A DNA stretch of 64,000 nt, from contig JBEKBJ010000009.1 of NCBI GenBank assembly GCA_050015455.1, forward strand, positions 8,508-72,507. Reading direction: 5' to 3'. The translations under genes and the position numbers were made by a program. This document shows positions 28,018 to 40,025 of the stretch, piece after piece. Position 1 is the first letter of the stretch, and the number at the start of each line of letters is the position of its first letter. The DNA is from Candidatus Binatia bacterium. Its GTDB lineage: Bacteria > Desulfobacterota > Binatia > HRBIN30. The notes under the pieces were generated by a model. That model did not search any database. It was not told the DNA's origin and saw nothing but the letters and a program-made list of their open reading frames with translations.

Positions 28018-29304
28018 ATGCCGAACCGGTGTCGAGGATACTGGCTTGTGGTATCCATGGCGGCTCTTGTCTTGTTCGGGTTGCCGCTCAGTGTAGTGCC
28101 GCGAGCCAACGCCGCCGGGAATTCCAACCAGTTCGGTGGCCAAGATCGCGCCGCGGCCGCGGCGCAGATGATCGTGCTCGGCGTCCAGCAGGGCATTTCG
28201 TCCCTGCCGCCGACCTCGGGCCAGTCGTTTGCGTACCAATTCGATCCGGCGTCGGACACCTACGTCCGCAGTGAGCAGTTGGGACCGACCTCGTTCCGCT
28301 CGCCGCAGACCGTCGGGCCCGGGAAGTTCAGCTTCCGCTTGGCGACGTCCTACTTCGAGCTCGCGGACACCAAGGCGCCGATCCCTTACCTCGTGAGTTC
28401 GCCGCCCGGCACCGCGCTCGGGGTCGGCGCTTTGGGCCTGCAGGCGGATGCGAAAGTGGCGCTCGTCAACCTCTCCGCCAACTACGGCTTTACCAACCGC
28501 GTCGAAGTGACGATGAACCTGCCGGTCGTCGTCGTCGATGCAAGCGCCAAGCAGATCTTCAGCACCAGCCAGCCCACCGGGCCGCCGCAGCAGGCGCCGT
28601 TCAGTGGAACTCCCATCGTGACGGATTCTACGGGCAAGCCAGATCTGGCGGCGAGCGTCGGGTTGCTGAACCAAGCCATTCAGGCCGGTGCCCTCCATCT
28701 GCGCAAAGAATCATTGAGTGCTCTGGGCTTCAGCTTCAACGATGGCACCCACGTCGGCGTCGGGCGCATTAGCCTAGGTGTGAAGGGTGTGCTCTACGCT
28801 GACAAGATCGTCCAGCTCGCCGCCGCTCCCGAGTTCTACTTCCCCAGTCCCAACCAGGGCGAGTTTGCGGGCTCGGACAGTGCGGCGATCCTGCCGCGCC
28901 TGGTGGCGGCGTTCAGGTTGGCCGATGCCGTCAGGTTGCACATCGACGCCGGGTACGACTACGACTTCGACAAGGACGAGCTGCGGCGGTTCGTGTGGAA
29001 TCTCGGGCCGTCGCTGGCACTGGGCCGGGCGACCGTGGATGCCGGGGTGGGGGGCTCGAAGTTCAATACCGGGATCAAATGGACCCCGACCACCGCGCCC
29101 TTTGTCGACAACTCAGGCAACCCCGGCTCGATTCGGGCGTTGGGCGACAACCGGCTGGGCAGCAACTTCATCGACGCGCTGGGCGCGGTGAAGGTGCGGC
29201 TGGGGACCAAGTCGGTGCTCAGCGGAGCCGTCAACGTCCCGTTGAACAACGAAGGCTTCCGCGCCGCCGCCGTCGGCACGCTGGCGGTCGAGCTGCATTT
29301 GTAG
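28018..29304 (+). CDS. Secreted protein of unknown function, possibly an outer-membrane beta-barrel
   Basis: ATG 28018 follows TAAGGGGGCGGGAG. The signal peptide is LVVSMAALVLFGLPLSVVPRANA. Alternating hydrophobic beta-strand-like segments run to the C-terminus (...AVGTLAVELHL). Confidence 0.5.
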   Translation: MPNRCRGYWLVVSMAALVLFGLPLSVVPRANAAGNSNQFGGQDRAAAAAQMIVLGVQQGISSLPPTSGQSFAYQFDPASDTYVRSEQLGPTSFRSPQTVGPGKFSFRLATSYFELADTKAPIPYLVSSPPGTALGVGALGLQADAKVALVNLSANYGFTNRVEVTMNLPVVVVDASAKQIFSTSQPTGPPQQAPFSGTPIVTDSTGKPDLAASVGLLNQAIQAGALHLRKESLSALGFSFNDGTHVGVGRISLGVKGVLYADKIVQLAAAPEFYFPSPNQGEFAGSDSAAILPRLVAAFRLADAVRLHIDAGYDYDFDKDELRRFVWNLGPSLALGRATVDAGVGGSKFNTGIKWTPTTAPFVDNSGNPGSIRALGDNRLGSNFIDALGAVKVRLGTKSVLSGAVNVPLNNEGFRAAAVGTLAVELHL

Positions 29305-29567
29305 ACCACGGCCGACGCGCGCCCCGTGCCGCGGCGGTAGAGTTCCTGGCTTTTACCTTGTCAACGGCATAGAAGCGTCCTGGTTTCCGACGGCCCAAAC
29401 GGCCATGACCTGCGAACCACGGTGGAGACGCCCACACGAAAGAGTCGACGATCCCGGCGTCGCTTCCCAGGGTCGCACTGTTGCGATGGGAGGGCGAACG
29501 ATGACGCACACGCGCAGGTGTCTCACGGGTGAAGAGAGCAAACCCGGAAGGTGGCGGGTGGCGCTCG
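29305..29567 (+). repeat. Copy 2 of the duplicated ~270-bp leader preceding the second dockerin-cargo gene
   Basis: Aligns with 22822..23100 with a few substitutions and one ~12-bp indel. Confidence 0.8.
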
Positions 29568-30927
29568 CCGGTCTCGGTATGACGGGGGACGGGTTTGCTC
29601 AAGCCGACGTCAGTCTCGTCTTTGGAGACCCAACTGCTTTCCCCGTCGCCGCCACCGCGGCGCCCGAGGCAAGCGGCAGCGCGGCTTTCGATGGAACGAA
29701 CTTTCTCGTCGGCATTCAGACGCAAACTACAGTTGGCGCGCAGCTCGTGTCGCCAGCGGGTGTGACGCTCGGTCCTCTGATCACAACCAATCGCAGCGGT
29801 AATGAGCCGGTGCTCGCTTTCAATGGGACCAATTACCTGTTGGCATGGGCGACGCTCGATGCAAGTCCCTTTGCCTACGGGCAGTTGGTGAGTCCGTCGG
29901 GAACTACCGTCGGCTCCCCGTTTCAAATCAGCCAATCCAACACCGTCATCCTTACCGGAGTGCAATGGTCGTTGGGCGGCATTGCCTCGGACGGGACGAA
30001 CTACCTGGTGGTGTGGACCGATTCACGGCTTTCCCCGGACAAATATATCTACGGGCGCGTGGTTGCGGACTCCGGGAGCCCCGTCGGAAGCGACATCATG
30101 ATCAGCGAGAGCCCCGGCGCGGAAGCCCAAGTCGCCTTCGACGGCAACAACTACCTCGTCGTCTGGCACGGCGAAGACTCCAACAGCTCCTTGGTGATGG
30201 GAAGATTCATGGACCGAGCGGGGGCACTGGTTAGCGCCGAATTCGTTGTGAAAAATGGCCCGGCTCCGAGCGACAATCCCAACGCCGTCGCGTTCGGCCG
30301 AACCAACTACCTTGTGGTGTGGCCGGACGAGGTGGACTCGAGCAGCCACCAGTGGAACATTTTCGGGCAATTGGTGACGCCTTCCGGCGCCCTCACCGGA
30401 GAGGTGCTCCAGATCACCAGCGAGCCCGGGGAGCAGTTTTACCCAACCCTCGCCTTCGACGGTCGCAACTACCTGGCGACCTGGACGAACTTTACGTGCA
30501 ACGTGTCTGCGGGCGAGACGTGCGGAGATGTGCACGGCCAATACCTGAGTCAGTGCGGCACGCCGATAGGCGCTGCATTCCCATAGGCGCGGGAGCTGGC
30601 ACCCAAATGATCTCGCCGGTGGCGTTCGGTGCCGGTCAGTACCTGGTGGTGTGGAATAGTGATGCCACCATCAGCCACAGCGGGATCACCGGCGGCGATG
30701 TGTACGGGACGTTCCTCGCGCCGGTGCCACTGGCCTGCGCCGGTGACTGCGGCGGCGACGGCCAAGTCACCATCGATGACATCCTCACCATAGTGAACAT
30801 CGCGCTGGGCAACACCACCCTTTGCGCGTGCGAAGCGGGCGACGTCAATGGCGACGGCCAAATCACCGTCGATGAGATCCTGACGGCGGTGAACAACGCG
30901 CTCAACGGGTGCGTGCAAGGGCCGTGA
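29501..30927 (+). pseudogene. Dockerin-tagged repeat (propeller-like) protein interrupted by an apparent +1/-1 frameshift near 30,590. It is either a real pseudogene, a slippage site or a sequencing error.
   Basis: Frame 2 (29405..30586) carries ~50-aa repeats (VAFDG.NYLVVW ... GQLVSPSG..G). The same repeat and the dockerin continue in frame 1 (30598..30927: ISPVAFGAGQYLVVW ... DCGGDGQVTIDD ... DVNGDGQITVDE). At the junction there is an imperfect duplication CGATAGGCGCTGCATTC / CCATAGGCGCGGGAGCT. Confidence 0.5.
30736..30924 (+). other. Dockerin module at the C-terminus of the frameshifted repeat protein
   Basis: [59 protein letters not shown]. Confidence 0.6.
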
Positions 30928-31001
30928 GGAGTGAGGGCCTGAACACCTCACGCTGCGTGGCGGCGGCGCTCGAGCTTGCGCAGCCGTTTCTCGTGGTCCG
31001 C

Positions 31002-31544
31002 TCAGTCGCGGTCGGCGCGGGCGTAGTAGCGGCTGAACTCGGTCAAGAACGACAGCGATTCCATCGACCGCATGCGGTCAAGGAAGACCTTGCCGATCAG
31101 ATGATCGCATTCGTGCTGCACCACCCGGGCGTAGAAATCCTTGGCGACGTAATTGAGCTTGTTGCCGGCACGATCGTAAGCCTCGACGCGCACGAGCGTA
31201 TAGCGCGGCACTTTGCCGCGCAGGTCCGGAAGGCTCAGGCAACCCTCCCAGTCCTCGTCCGTGTGCTGTGACAGCGGCGTGATCTTCGGATTGATGAGCA
31301 CCGTCAGTGGAATGGTTTCCGCGTCCGGATAGCGTGGATTGCCGTCGACTTGAAAGGTCAGAATCTGCTGCGAGACATGCACCTGAGGCGCCGCCAATCC
31401 GGCACCGTCGTACTCGATCATGGTCTCGATCAAATCGTCGATGAAGCGCTGGACCTGTGGGGAGCCGATTGCTTCCGGCGGCACCGGTTCCGCCACCTTT
31501 CGCAATACGGGATTGCCCAAACGCGCAACCTTGAGAATGGCCAT
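31002..31544 (-). CDS. def: Peptide deformylase
   Basis: The motifs GAGLAAPQV, EGCLSLP and QHECDHL (metal-binding HExxH) are present. Confidence 0.9.
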   Translation of the reverse strand: MAILKVARLGNPVLRKVAEPVPPEAIGSPQVQRFIDDLIETMIEYDGAGLAAPQVHVSQQILTFQVDGNPRYPDAETIPLTVLINPKITPLSQHTDEDWEGCLSLPDLRGKVPRYTLVRVEAYDRAGNKLNYVAKDFYARVVQHECDHLIGKVFLDRMRSMESLSFLTEFSRYYARADRD

Positions 31545-31688
31545 CGGATAATCCCGTAGCGGAGCAGCAGGCAGTTTTCCAGGGTTTAGAGGGCAGCTTT
31601 CAGCTGTCAGCGTTCAGCTTTCAGCCAAGAGCATGGCTTACTCACCAGCTGGAGTAGGTTGCTGACAGCTGATCGCTGACGGCTGCCC

Positions 31689-33062
31689 CTACGCGTCTTC
31701 GGTCTCGCCGAAGCTGACGTCGTCCGGGGCAGCACGGCTCTCGAAGCGAGTATACTCCGAGATGAACGTCAGGGGTATCACGCCGGTCGGGCCGTTGCGT
31801 TGCTTCGCCAGGATCAGCTCCGCCTCACCTTCGTCGGCATTCTTGTCGTACACGATCGGGCGGTAGAGGAACCCGATCACGTCGGCGTCCTGCTCGATGG
31901 CGCCCGATTCGCGCAGGTCGGCCATGATCGGCCGCTTGTCGGCCCGCGTCTCGACCTGCCGGTTCAGCTGCGAGAGGGCGACGATGGGGACGTTGAGTTC
32001 CTTGGCCAGCGCCTTGAGCGAACGCGAGATGTTCGAAATCTCCTGCTCGCGGTTGTCCGCGCGCTCATGGCCGCGCATCAGCTGCAGATAGTCGACAATC
32101 ACCAGCCCGAGGTTCGCTTCACGTTCACGTTTCAAGCGCCGCGCCTTGGCGCGCAACTCGAGCGCGCTCAACCCCGGTGTGTCGTCGATGAAGATGTGCG
32201 ATTCGGAGAGCCGGCTGGCGGCCTTCGCCAGCTCCGGAAAAGCAGTGGCCGGGACGTAGCCTGTGCGCACCTTGGACTGGTCGACCCGGGCTTCGGAGCA
32301 CAGCATGCGCAACCCGAGCTGCTCCTTCGACATTTCGAGCGAGAAGAGGGCGACCCCTTGCTTGCCGGTGATGCCGACGTGCTGCGCGATGTTCAGCGCG
32401 AAGGCCGTCTTGCCCATGCTCGGCCGGCCCGCCACGATGATCAGGTCGGAGGGCTGCAGCCCGGCCGTCAACCGGTCGAGATCTTTGAAGCCGGTGGACA
32501 CACCGGTGACCAACTCCTTGCGTTCGTACATCTGCTCGATGGAACCCATGGTGCTAAGCATGATGTCGCGCAGATGAAAGAAGGCCGGCCGGATCCTGCG
32601 TTCGGAAATGGCGAAGATCTGCTGTTCCGCTTGGTCGAGGAACCCGTCGACGTCGGCGCCGGACTCGAACGCCCCGCGGGCGATCTCGGTGGCGGTATCG
32701 ATGAGGCTGCGCAGCACCGATTTCTGATGCACGATGCGGGAGTAGTAGGCGACGTTGGCAGACGTCGGTACCTTGTCTGCCAGCTCGGCGAGGTAGGCTG
32801 CGCCGCCGATCTCCTGCAACTCGCCGCGCCCCTTCAGTGCCTCGGCCAACGTGATCAGGTCTACCGGCTCGTTGCGCTGGTTGAGGTCGATCATGGCGCG
32901 CATGATCTTGCGGTGCGCTTCACGGTAGAAGTCTTCCGGCGAGAGAATCTCCAGCGCCCGGTCGAGCGAGTTGTTGTCGAGCAGCACCCCGCCCAAGACC
33001 GACTCCTCCGCTTCAATGCTCTGCGGCGGCAGTTTGCGCAAGGTTTCTTCGATGGCGTCCAT
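31689..33062 (-). CDS. dnaB: Replicative DNA helicase DnaB
   Basis: SIEAEESVLGGVLLDN is near the N-terminus, followed by the Walker A motif GRPSMGKTAFAL and the RecA-like C-terminal domain. I take ATG 33062 as the start; the track ORF starts at TTG 33083. Confidence 0.9.
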   Translation of the reverse strand: MDAIEETLRKLPPQSIEAEESVLGGVLLDNNSLDRALEILSPEDFYREAHRKIMRAMIDLNQRNEPVDLITLAEALKGRGELQEIGGAAYLAELADKVPTSANVAYYSRIVHQKSVLRSLIDTATEIARGAFESGADVDGFLDQAEQQIFAISERRIRPAFFHLRDIMLSTMGSIEQMYERKELVTGVSTGFKDLDRLTAGLQPSDLIIVAGRPSMGKTAFALNIAQHVGITGKQGVALFSLEMSKEQLGLRMLCSEARVDQSKVRTGYVPATAFPELAKAASRLSESHIFIDDTPGLSALELRAKARRLKREREANLGLVIVDYLQLMRGHERADNREQEISNISRSLKALAKELNVPIVALSQLNRQVETRADKRPIMADLRESGAIEQDADVIGFLYRPIVYDKNADEGEAELILAKQRNGPTGVIPLTFISEYTRFESRAAPDDVSFGETEDA

Positions 33063-33184
33063 GTGGGAGCGCAAAGATATCAAAAGCGGCGGTCACGGAG
33101 CAAATAAGTTTCTGCGATGGGCACCCAAGTTCCAACGTAGCGCAGTTGCGCAGGCACTAGAACCTCTCCTCCGGCCCCTCTCCG

Positions 33185-33255
33185 ACACGGGAAGGGGAGC
33201 GAAAAGCCGAGCCTTTCCCCCCCTTCCCTCGCAGGGAAGGGGGGCAGGGGGTTAG
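33185..33255. repeat. G/C-rich palindromic hairpin element (GGGAAGGGG ... CCCCTTCCC, then GGGAAGGGGGGCAGGGGG) in the divergent dnaB-sucA intergenic region
   Basis: The inverted repeat spans 33189-33197 and 33220-33228. It is REP-like; function unknown. Confidence 0.3.
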
Positions 33256-33416
33256 GTTTCAATGCGAGCGGCGTCAAACTAGGACTGCGATGGGCAGGCG
33301 CCGCTTGTAAGCCTCTGTCATTTTATGTCCTCGCCCGGTATCGTGGGTCAGTGAGGAGAACACGGCCCCTACATCGGAGACGCTTTGCTGCTATGGTGTA
33401 CCTGCGGTGATCGCAG

Positions 33417-36213
33417 ATGGACCTGGACTTCATCACTCGAGCCAATCCGGACTACGTGGACGGCTTGTACCGGCAGTTCCTGCGTGATCCGAGCTCGGTG
33501 GACGAGCAGTGGGCTATGTTCTTCGCCGGTTTCGAAGCCGCTGAGGGCGATGGCGCCCGCGCCGCCAAGCTCGAGATCGAGATCGCCCCAGCGGGGATTG
33601 CCCGGCTGGAGCCTGCCCCGAGCGAGCCCCCCGCGACGGGGATTGTTCCCGCTGCCCAGTGGGGTCTCGGTGTGTTTGAGTTGGTCCACCATTACCGCGA
33701 GTTCGGGCACTTGATTGCCAACCTCGATCCGCTCGGCCACAACCAGTCCAGCCATCCGCTGCTGGAGCCGAAGGAGTTCGGCTTCACCGCAGCCGATCTC
33801 GACCGCGCGGTGGAATGCACCAGTTTCTTGGGTTGCCGGCGAGCAACCATCCGCGAACTGGTGACGCTCTTGCGCGCCACCTATTGCGGCACCTTCGCCG
33901 TCGAGTACATGGACATCGCCGACAAGGCACAACTCGATTGGCTCCAGGAGCATATGGAGCCTGCGCTCAACAAGCCGGAGCTGACCGCGGAGGCGCGCAA
34001 GCATATCCTCTCGCGCCTCATCGCCGCCGAGGGCTTCGAGCACTTCCTGCACACCAAATATGTCGGCCAGAAGCGCTTCTCCTTGGAAGGAGCCGAGTCG
34101 CTCATCCCCCTGCTCGACACGCTGATCGAAGAAGCCGGCAAGACCGGCGTGGAACAGATCATCATGGGCATGGCGCACCGCGGCCGCCTGAATGTTCTCG
34201 CCAACATTCTGCACAAGCCGTATGCGCTGATCTTCGCGGAGTTCGAGGGCACCTTCCTGCCACCCAACGTCCAGGGCGACGGCGACGTGAAATACCATCT
34301 CGGCTACGCCTACGACCACACCACCGAGAGCGGCCAGACGATCCACTTGTCGCTGTGCTCGAACCCGAGTCACCTCGAGGCCATCGATCCGGTGGTCGAA
34401 GGCATCGTGCGCGCCAAGCAGTACTATCTCAAAGATTACGAACGCAGTCGGGTGGTGCCGGTGCTGATCCACGGTGACGCCGCCTTCACCGGGCAGGGGA
34501 TCGTTTCCGAGACGCTCGCCCTCTCCGAGCTGGAGGCCTACCGCACCGGCGGCACGATCCACATCATCGTGAACAACCAGATCGGCTTCACCGAATCGCC
34601 CCCGGAATATCGCTTTACGAGATATCCGAGTGACATCACCAAGATCATCCAGGCGCCGGTGTTCCACATCAACGGCGACGATCCCGAGGCGGCCATCCAG
34701 GCGGCGCGCCTGGCGGTGGCTTTTCGCCAGAGGTTCAAGAAGGATGTGGTCATCGATCTGGTGTGCTACCGGCGTCACGGCCACAACGAAGGTGACGACC
34801 CGACCTTCACTCAGCCGCTGATGTACAAGGAGATCGCTGCGCACCGCAGCGTACGCGACCTGTATGCCGAGCGCTTGCAGTCCGAGGGCGTGATCGGAGC
34901 CGAGGAAGTCGCGGCAGCGGGTACAGCACTCCGCGAGGTCTTCGATGATGCTCTAAATTATGCTCGCGACTTCATGCCGCGCATGCAAGTGTTCGCGCTG
35001 GACGGCGCCTGGAAGGGCCTGCAGTGGGCCGGCGACGACTGGAGCGCGCACACAGCCGTCCCGCGGGAGATGCTTGAGCGCGTGATGCAAGGCCTCGAGC
35101 GCGTGCCCCAGGGCTTCACCGTGCACCCCAAGGTCAAGCGCCTGCTGGCGCAGCGCGCCGAGATGCTGGGCCGCGAAGGCGAGATCGACTGGGCCGGCGC
35201 CGAAATGCTCGCCTTCGGTACGCTGCTCCTCGAAGGCACCAAGATCCGGCTGAGCGGACAGGACTCGGGCCGCGGCACGTTCAGCCAGCGACATGCGGAG
35301 TTGTTCGACATCAACACCAACGAGCGCTACGTGCCGCTCGACCACCTCAGCCCGGAACAGGGCCGCTTCGTTGTTATCGGCGGCATGCTCTCCGAAGAGG
35401 CCGTGCTCGGCTTCGAATGGGGCTTCAGCTCCGCCGACCCACGCAATCTGGTGGTTTGGGAGGCGCAGTTCGGCGACTTCGCCAACAATGCGCAGGTTAT
35501 CATCGACCAGTTCATTGCTTCTTCGGAATCGAAGTGGCAGCGCATGAGCGGTATCGTGCTGTTGCTGCCGCACGCATACGAGGGGCAGGGGCCGGAACAC
35601 TCCGGCGCCCGCTTGGAGCGATTCATGCAACTCTGCGCCGAGGACAACATGCAAATCTGCAACTTGACGACGCCGGCGCAGTACTTTCACGCTCTGCGGC
35701 GGCAAATGCATCGCCAATTCCGCAAGCCGCTCATTGTCATGTCCCCGAAAAGTCTGCTGCGCCACAAGCTGGCGGTGTCCTCGCCGCATGACCTTAGCGA
35801 CGGCAGCTTCCAGATGGTGCTCGGCGAGGGCGACCCGATGGATGCGGCGAAGGTGCGCCGTGTGCTGCTCTGCAGCGGCAGAGTGTACTACGAGCTGCTG
35901 GTGGCGCGCCGCGAGCGTGACATCGACGATATCGCCATCGTTCGAGTCGAGCAGCTCTATCCCTTCCCGGGACGGGAAATCACCGCCGCGCTGCAGCCGT
36001 ACGTTTCGGCGCGCGAGGTGCTCTGGGTGCAAGAGGAGCCGTGGAACATGGGCGCCTGGCACGATATGCGTCGTCGCTTACGCCGCATCCTTCCACCAGG
36101 CCGCTTCATCGGATACGCCGGCCGCCCCGCCGCGGCCAGTCCGGCGACAGGCTTGTACAAGGTGCACCAGACTGAAGAAACGGATCTCATCAACAACGCC
36201 CTGAGGAAGTCCT

Positions 36214-36224
<11 letters not shown>
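33417..36224 (+). CDS. sucA: 2-oxoglutarate dehydrogenase E1 component
   Basis: At 935 aa, it is collinear with SucA/KGD from the N-terminus ([25 protein letters not shown]...) through the ThDP-binding and transketolase-like domains. Confidence 0.9.
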
Positions 36225-37488
<1,264 letters not shown>

Positions 37489-37553
37489 ACCGAGAGCACG
37501 AGCGCAAACAGGTTCCTTCTCCCTCCGGGAGAGTGTCAGGGTGAGGGGGTAAA

Positions 37554-39017
37554 ATGACTCCGCGACCGCCAGTACTTAGCAATCAGAACCCTTCAACAGA
37601 GATCAGGACAGGCCCAGGAGCCAGCACGGATTTCGACCTCATCGTCATCGGCGCCGGACCGGGCGGCTACGTTGCCGCCATCCGTGCCGCGCAACTCGGG
37701 ATGCGGGTTGGCTGCGTTGAAAGAGCAGCCACGCTCGGCGGCACCTGCCTCAACGTCGGCTGCATCCCCAGCAAGGCACTGCTCGACTCCAGCGAGCAGT
37801 ACCACACCGTTCGCCATGGCTTGGCCGCGCACGGCATCAAGGTCGGCAGCGTGGAGATCGACCTGGCAGCCATGATGGCGCGGAAGGAACGCGTGGTGAA
37901 GGTGCTGACGCAGGGCGTGGCTGGGCTGTTTCGCAAGAACAAGGTCGAACGGTTCACCGGCACCGCTCGCATCACTGCCGCCGATGCTGTCGAGGTTGCA
38001 AATGGCGCCGGGCGCCAGACTCTTCGTGGCCGCCGCATTCTCATTGCCACCGGCAGCGCTCCAATGGAGTTGCCGGGGCTCCCGTTCGATGGGAGGTCTA
38101 TCGTTTCGTCGACTGAGGCGCTGAGCTTTTCGCAGGTGCCGCCGCGGCTCTTGATCGTTGGCGCCGGTGCCATCGGTTTGGAGCTCGGTTCGGTGTGGAA
38201 CCGGCTCGGATCGCAGGTACTGTTTGTGGAATTCATGGATCGCATCGTGCCCGGCATGGATCGTGGGATGGGCGAGCAACTGAGGAAGTCCTTGGAGAAA
38301 CAAGGCATGACCTTCCGCTTGCGCACCACGGCGCGGCAGGCGGCCGTGAGTGACGGCAAAGTGCGTGTGACGTTGGAATCGGAGGGCAAGACGAGCGAGG
38401 AGGAGTGCGACGTGGTGCTGGTTGCCGTCGGGCGGCGGCCGTTTAGCGAGGCGCTAGCGGCGCGCGACGTTGGAGTCCAGTTTGACGACCACGGGCGGAT
38501 CACCGTTGACGCGCACTACCAGACAAGCGTTCCCGGCGTGTACGCCATCGGCGACGTGATCACCGGCCCGATGCTGGCGCACAAGGCTTCGGAGGAAGGC
38601 ATTGCGGCGGTGGAAAGCATGGCCGGGCAATCCGGGCACGTGAATTACGACGCCATCCCCAATGTGGTTTACACCTGGCCCGAGCTGGCCAGCGTCGGCA
38701 TGACCGAGGAGCAGGCACGCAGTCAGGAGATGCAGTTTCGCGTCGGCACGTTCCCGTTCATGGCCAACGGCCGCGCCCGCTGCATGAACGAAACCGAAGG
38801 GGGGGTGAAAATCCTCGCGGACGCCAAGACCGACCGCATCCTGGGCATCCACATCCTAGGCGCGCGTGCTTCCGACATTATCGCCGAAGCGGCTGTGGCG
38901 ATGGAGTTCGGGGCCAGTGCCGAGGACATCGCGCGCTCGGCGCACGCGCACCCAACGCTCCCCGAGGCGGTGAAGGAAGCGGCGCTCGCCGTAAACGGGC
39001 GCGCGTTGCACATCTGA
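37554..39017 (+). CDS. lpdA: Dihydrolipoyl dehydrogenase (E3)
   Basis: The FAD motif GAGPGGY and redox disulfide GGTCLNVGCIPSK are present. Catalytic His-Pro-Thr appears near the C-terminus (HAHPTLPEA). Confidence 0.9.
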   Translation: MTPRPPVLSNQNPSTEIRTGPGASTDFDLIVIGAGPGGYVAAIRAAQLGMRVGCVERAATLGGTCLNVGCIPSKALLDSSEQYHTVRHGLAAHGIKVGSVEIDLAAMMARKERVVKVLTQGVAGLFRKNKVERFTGTARITAADAVEVANGAGRQTLRGRRILIATGSAPMELPGLPFDGRSIVSSTEALSFSQVPPRLLIVGAGAIGLELGSVWNRLGSQVLFVEFMDRIVPGMDRGMGEQLRKSLEKQGMTFRLRTTARQAAVSDGKVRVTLESEGKTSEEECDVVLVAVGRRPFSEALAARDVGVQFDDHGRITVDAHYQTSVPGVYAIGDVITGPMLAHKASEEGIAAVESMAGQSGHVNYDAIPNVVYTWPELASVGMTEEQARSQEMQFRVGTFPFMANGRARCMNETEGGVKILADAKTDRILGIHILGARASDIIAEAAVAMEFGASAEDIARSAHAHPTLPEAVKEAALAVNGRALHI

Positions 39018-39106
39018 TTCGCCCAGGGGACCTCCCGTAGGCTTCGGCGGCAGAGAGTCGCCGCTCCCGAACGCCGCAGACCGGCGCTTTCCAACCGCCC
39101 GTTAGG

Positions 39107-39904
39107 CTAGAGCCCGTGCTCGAGCGAGCGCTGGGTGAACGTGTCGTCTCCGAAACCGGGGTCGTACGTGATCTCGCTGAAGTCGGCCACGGTATGACTC
39201 CCACCCTGTTCGTTCATCATTTCCATGCGAAAGGCCGTCGGAATCGCCCCGACAGTGCGGATATCACGAAGGGTGAGCGATTTTTCCAGCCGGCCGCCCT
39301 TATCGTACATCTGGAACTTCACCATCACGAGATCGTCGGCCGTTAGCCAGGTGAGGATCTTGCTGTACGTGAGGTCCTTCCCGGTCGGGGTGAACTCGAT
39401 GACATGGCTGGGGCGGCCATCCAGTACCTCGTCGCGCAGCAAGACGGCACGGGCATCCGCGTCAGTCCAATCGGTGATGTCCCCGATTATGGCCAGATCG
39501 TCGTAACTGAAATCCGTCCCCATGAAGCTCTCGTGCTTGGCGCCCGCGCTGATTTGTCGGACGCGCTTCAGCTCGGGAAGATACAACCATTGCTCATCTT
39601 TCCCGTGTGGGTCGGCCCACTGCAGGAAGCCAACGCCTTTGACCTCCGGCGGCGATTCGAAGAACAGGATCGTGCGGCTGCGGTCCTCAGGATACTTCTT
39701 GGACTTGATGACGAGCTCGCGATTCCGCTCGCCGCCCCGACGGTCGACGATGCGCAGCTTCAAACGCTGCAGCCGATCGTTCCACTTGCGTGTGGTCTCG
39801 GCCAACAGTCGCGTCTGGTCGAGCAGCTCGCGCGCGGTTGTCGCCGCTGCGGCAGGCGCGGCGACGCACGCGAGGAGCATCAGGAAACCAAAGGTTCTGC
39901 GCAT
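39107..39904 (-). CDS. LolA-like outer-membrane lipoprotein-sorting family protein (the type commonly paired with MMPL/RND exporters)
   Basis: A signal peptide is present. At 265 aa it has the LolA-like half-barrel pattern (...RTILFFESPPEVKGVGFLQWADP...LYLPELKRVRQIS...). Confidence 0.55.
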   Translation of the reverse strand: MRRTFGFLMLLACVAAPAAAATTARELLDQTRLLAETTRKWNDRLQRLKLRIVDRRGGERNRELVIKSKKYPEDRSRTILFFESPPEVKGVGFLQWADPHGKDEQWLYLPELKRVRQISAGAKHESFMGTDFSYDDLAIIGDITDWTDADARAVLLRDEVLDGRPSHVIEFTPTGKDLTYSKILTWLTADDLVMVKFQMYDKGGRLEKSLTLRDIRTVGAIPTAFRMEMMNEQGGSHTVADFSEITYDPGFGDDTFTQRSLEHGL

Positions 39905-40025
39905 GTGACGTTCCTCCTATGTCATGATGTCGGCGAGGCCGGCCTCGTGACCGCCGGCGGTCAACCCACCGCCGCATTCCCACAGGCTGCGAGCTTATTC
40001 GCACCTCCCGACTTCTTGCCGAATT

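Noticed and set aside
26656-28698. 680-aa minus-strand ORF spanning the adenylate cyclase and the following gene
   Set aside because: It is antisense to two genes with clear motifs and has a low-complexity Arg/Gly-rich translation.
30319-30597. First ~93 codons of the track ORF 30319..30927
   Set aside because: This part overlaps the well-supported frame-2 repeat protein and translates to Arg-rich noise. Only the segment after the frameshift (~30598 onward) matches the repeat and dockerin pattern.
31590-31675. Imperfect inverted repeat (CAGCTGTCAGC ... GCTGACAGCTG) between def and dnaB, considered as a terminator
   Set aside because: The loop is ~50 nt and there is no U-tract on the relevant strand. 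It could be a regulatory structure, but the evidence is too weak to call.
31800-33107. 435-aa plus-strand ORF across dnaB
   Set aside because: It is antisense to dnaB.
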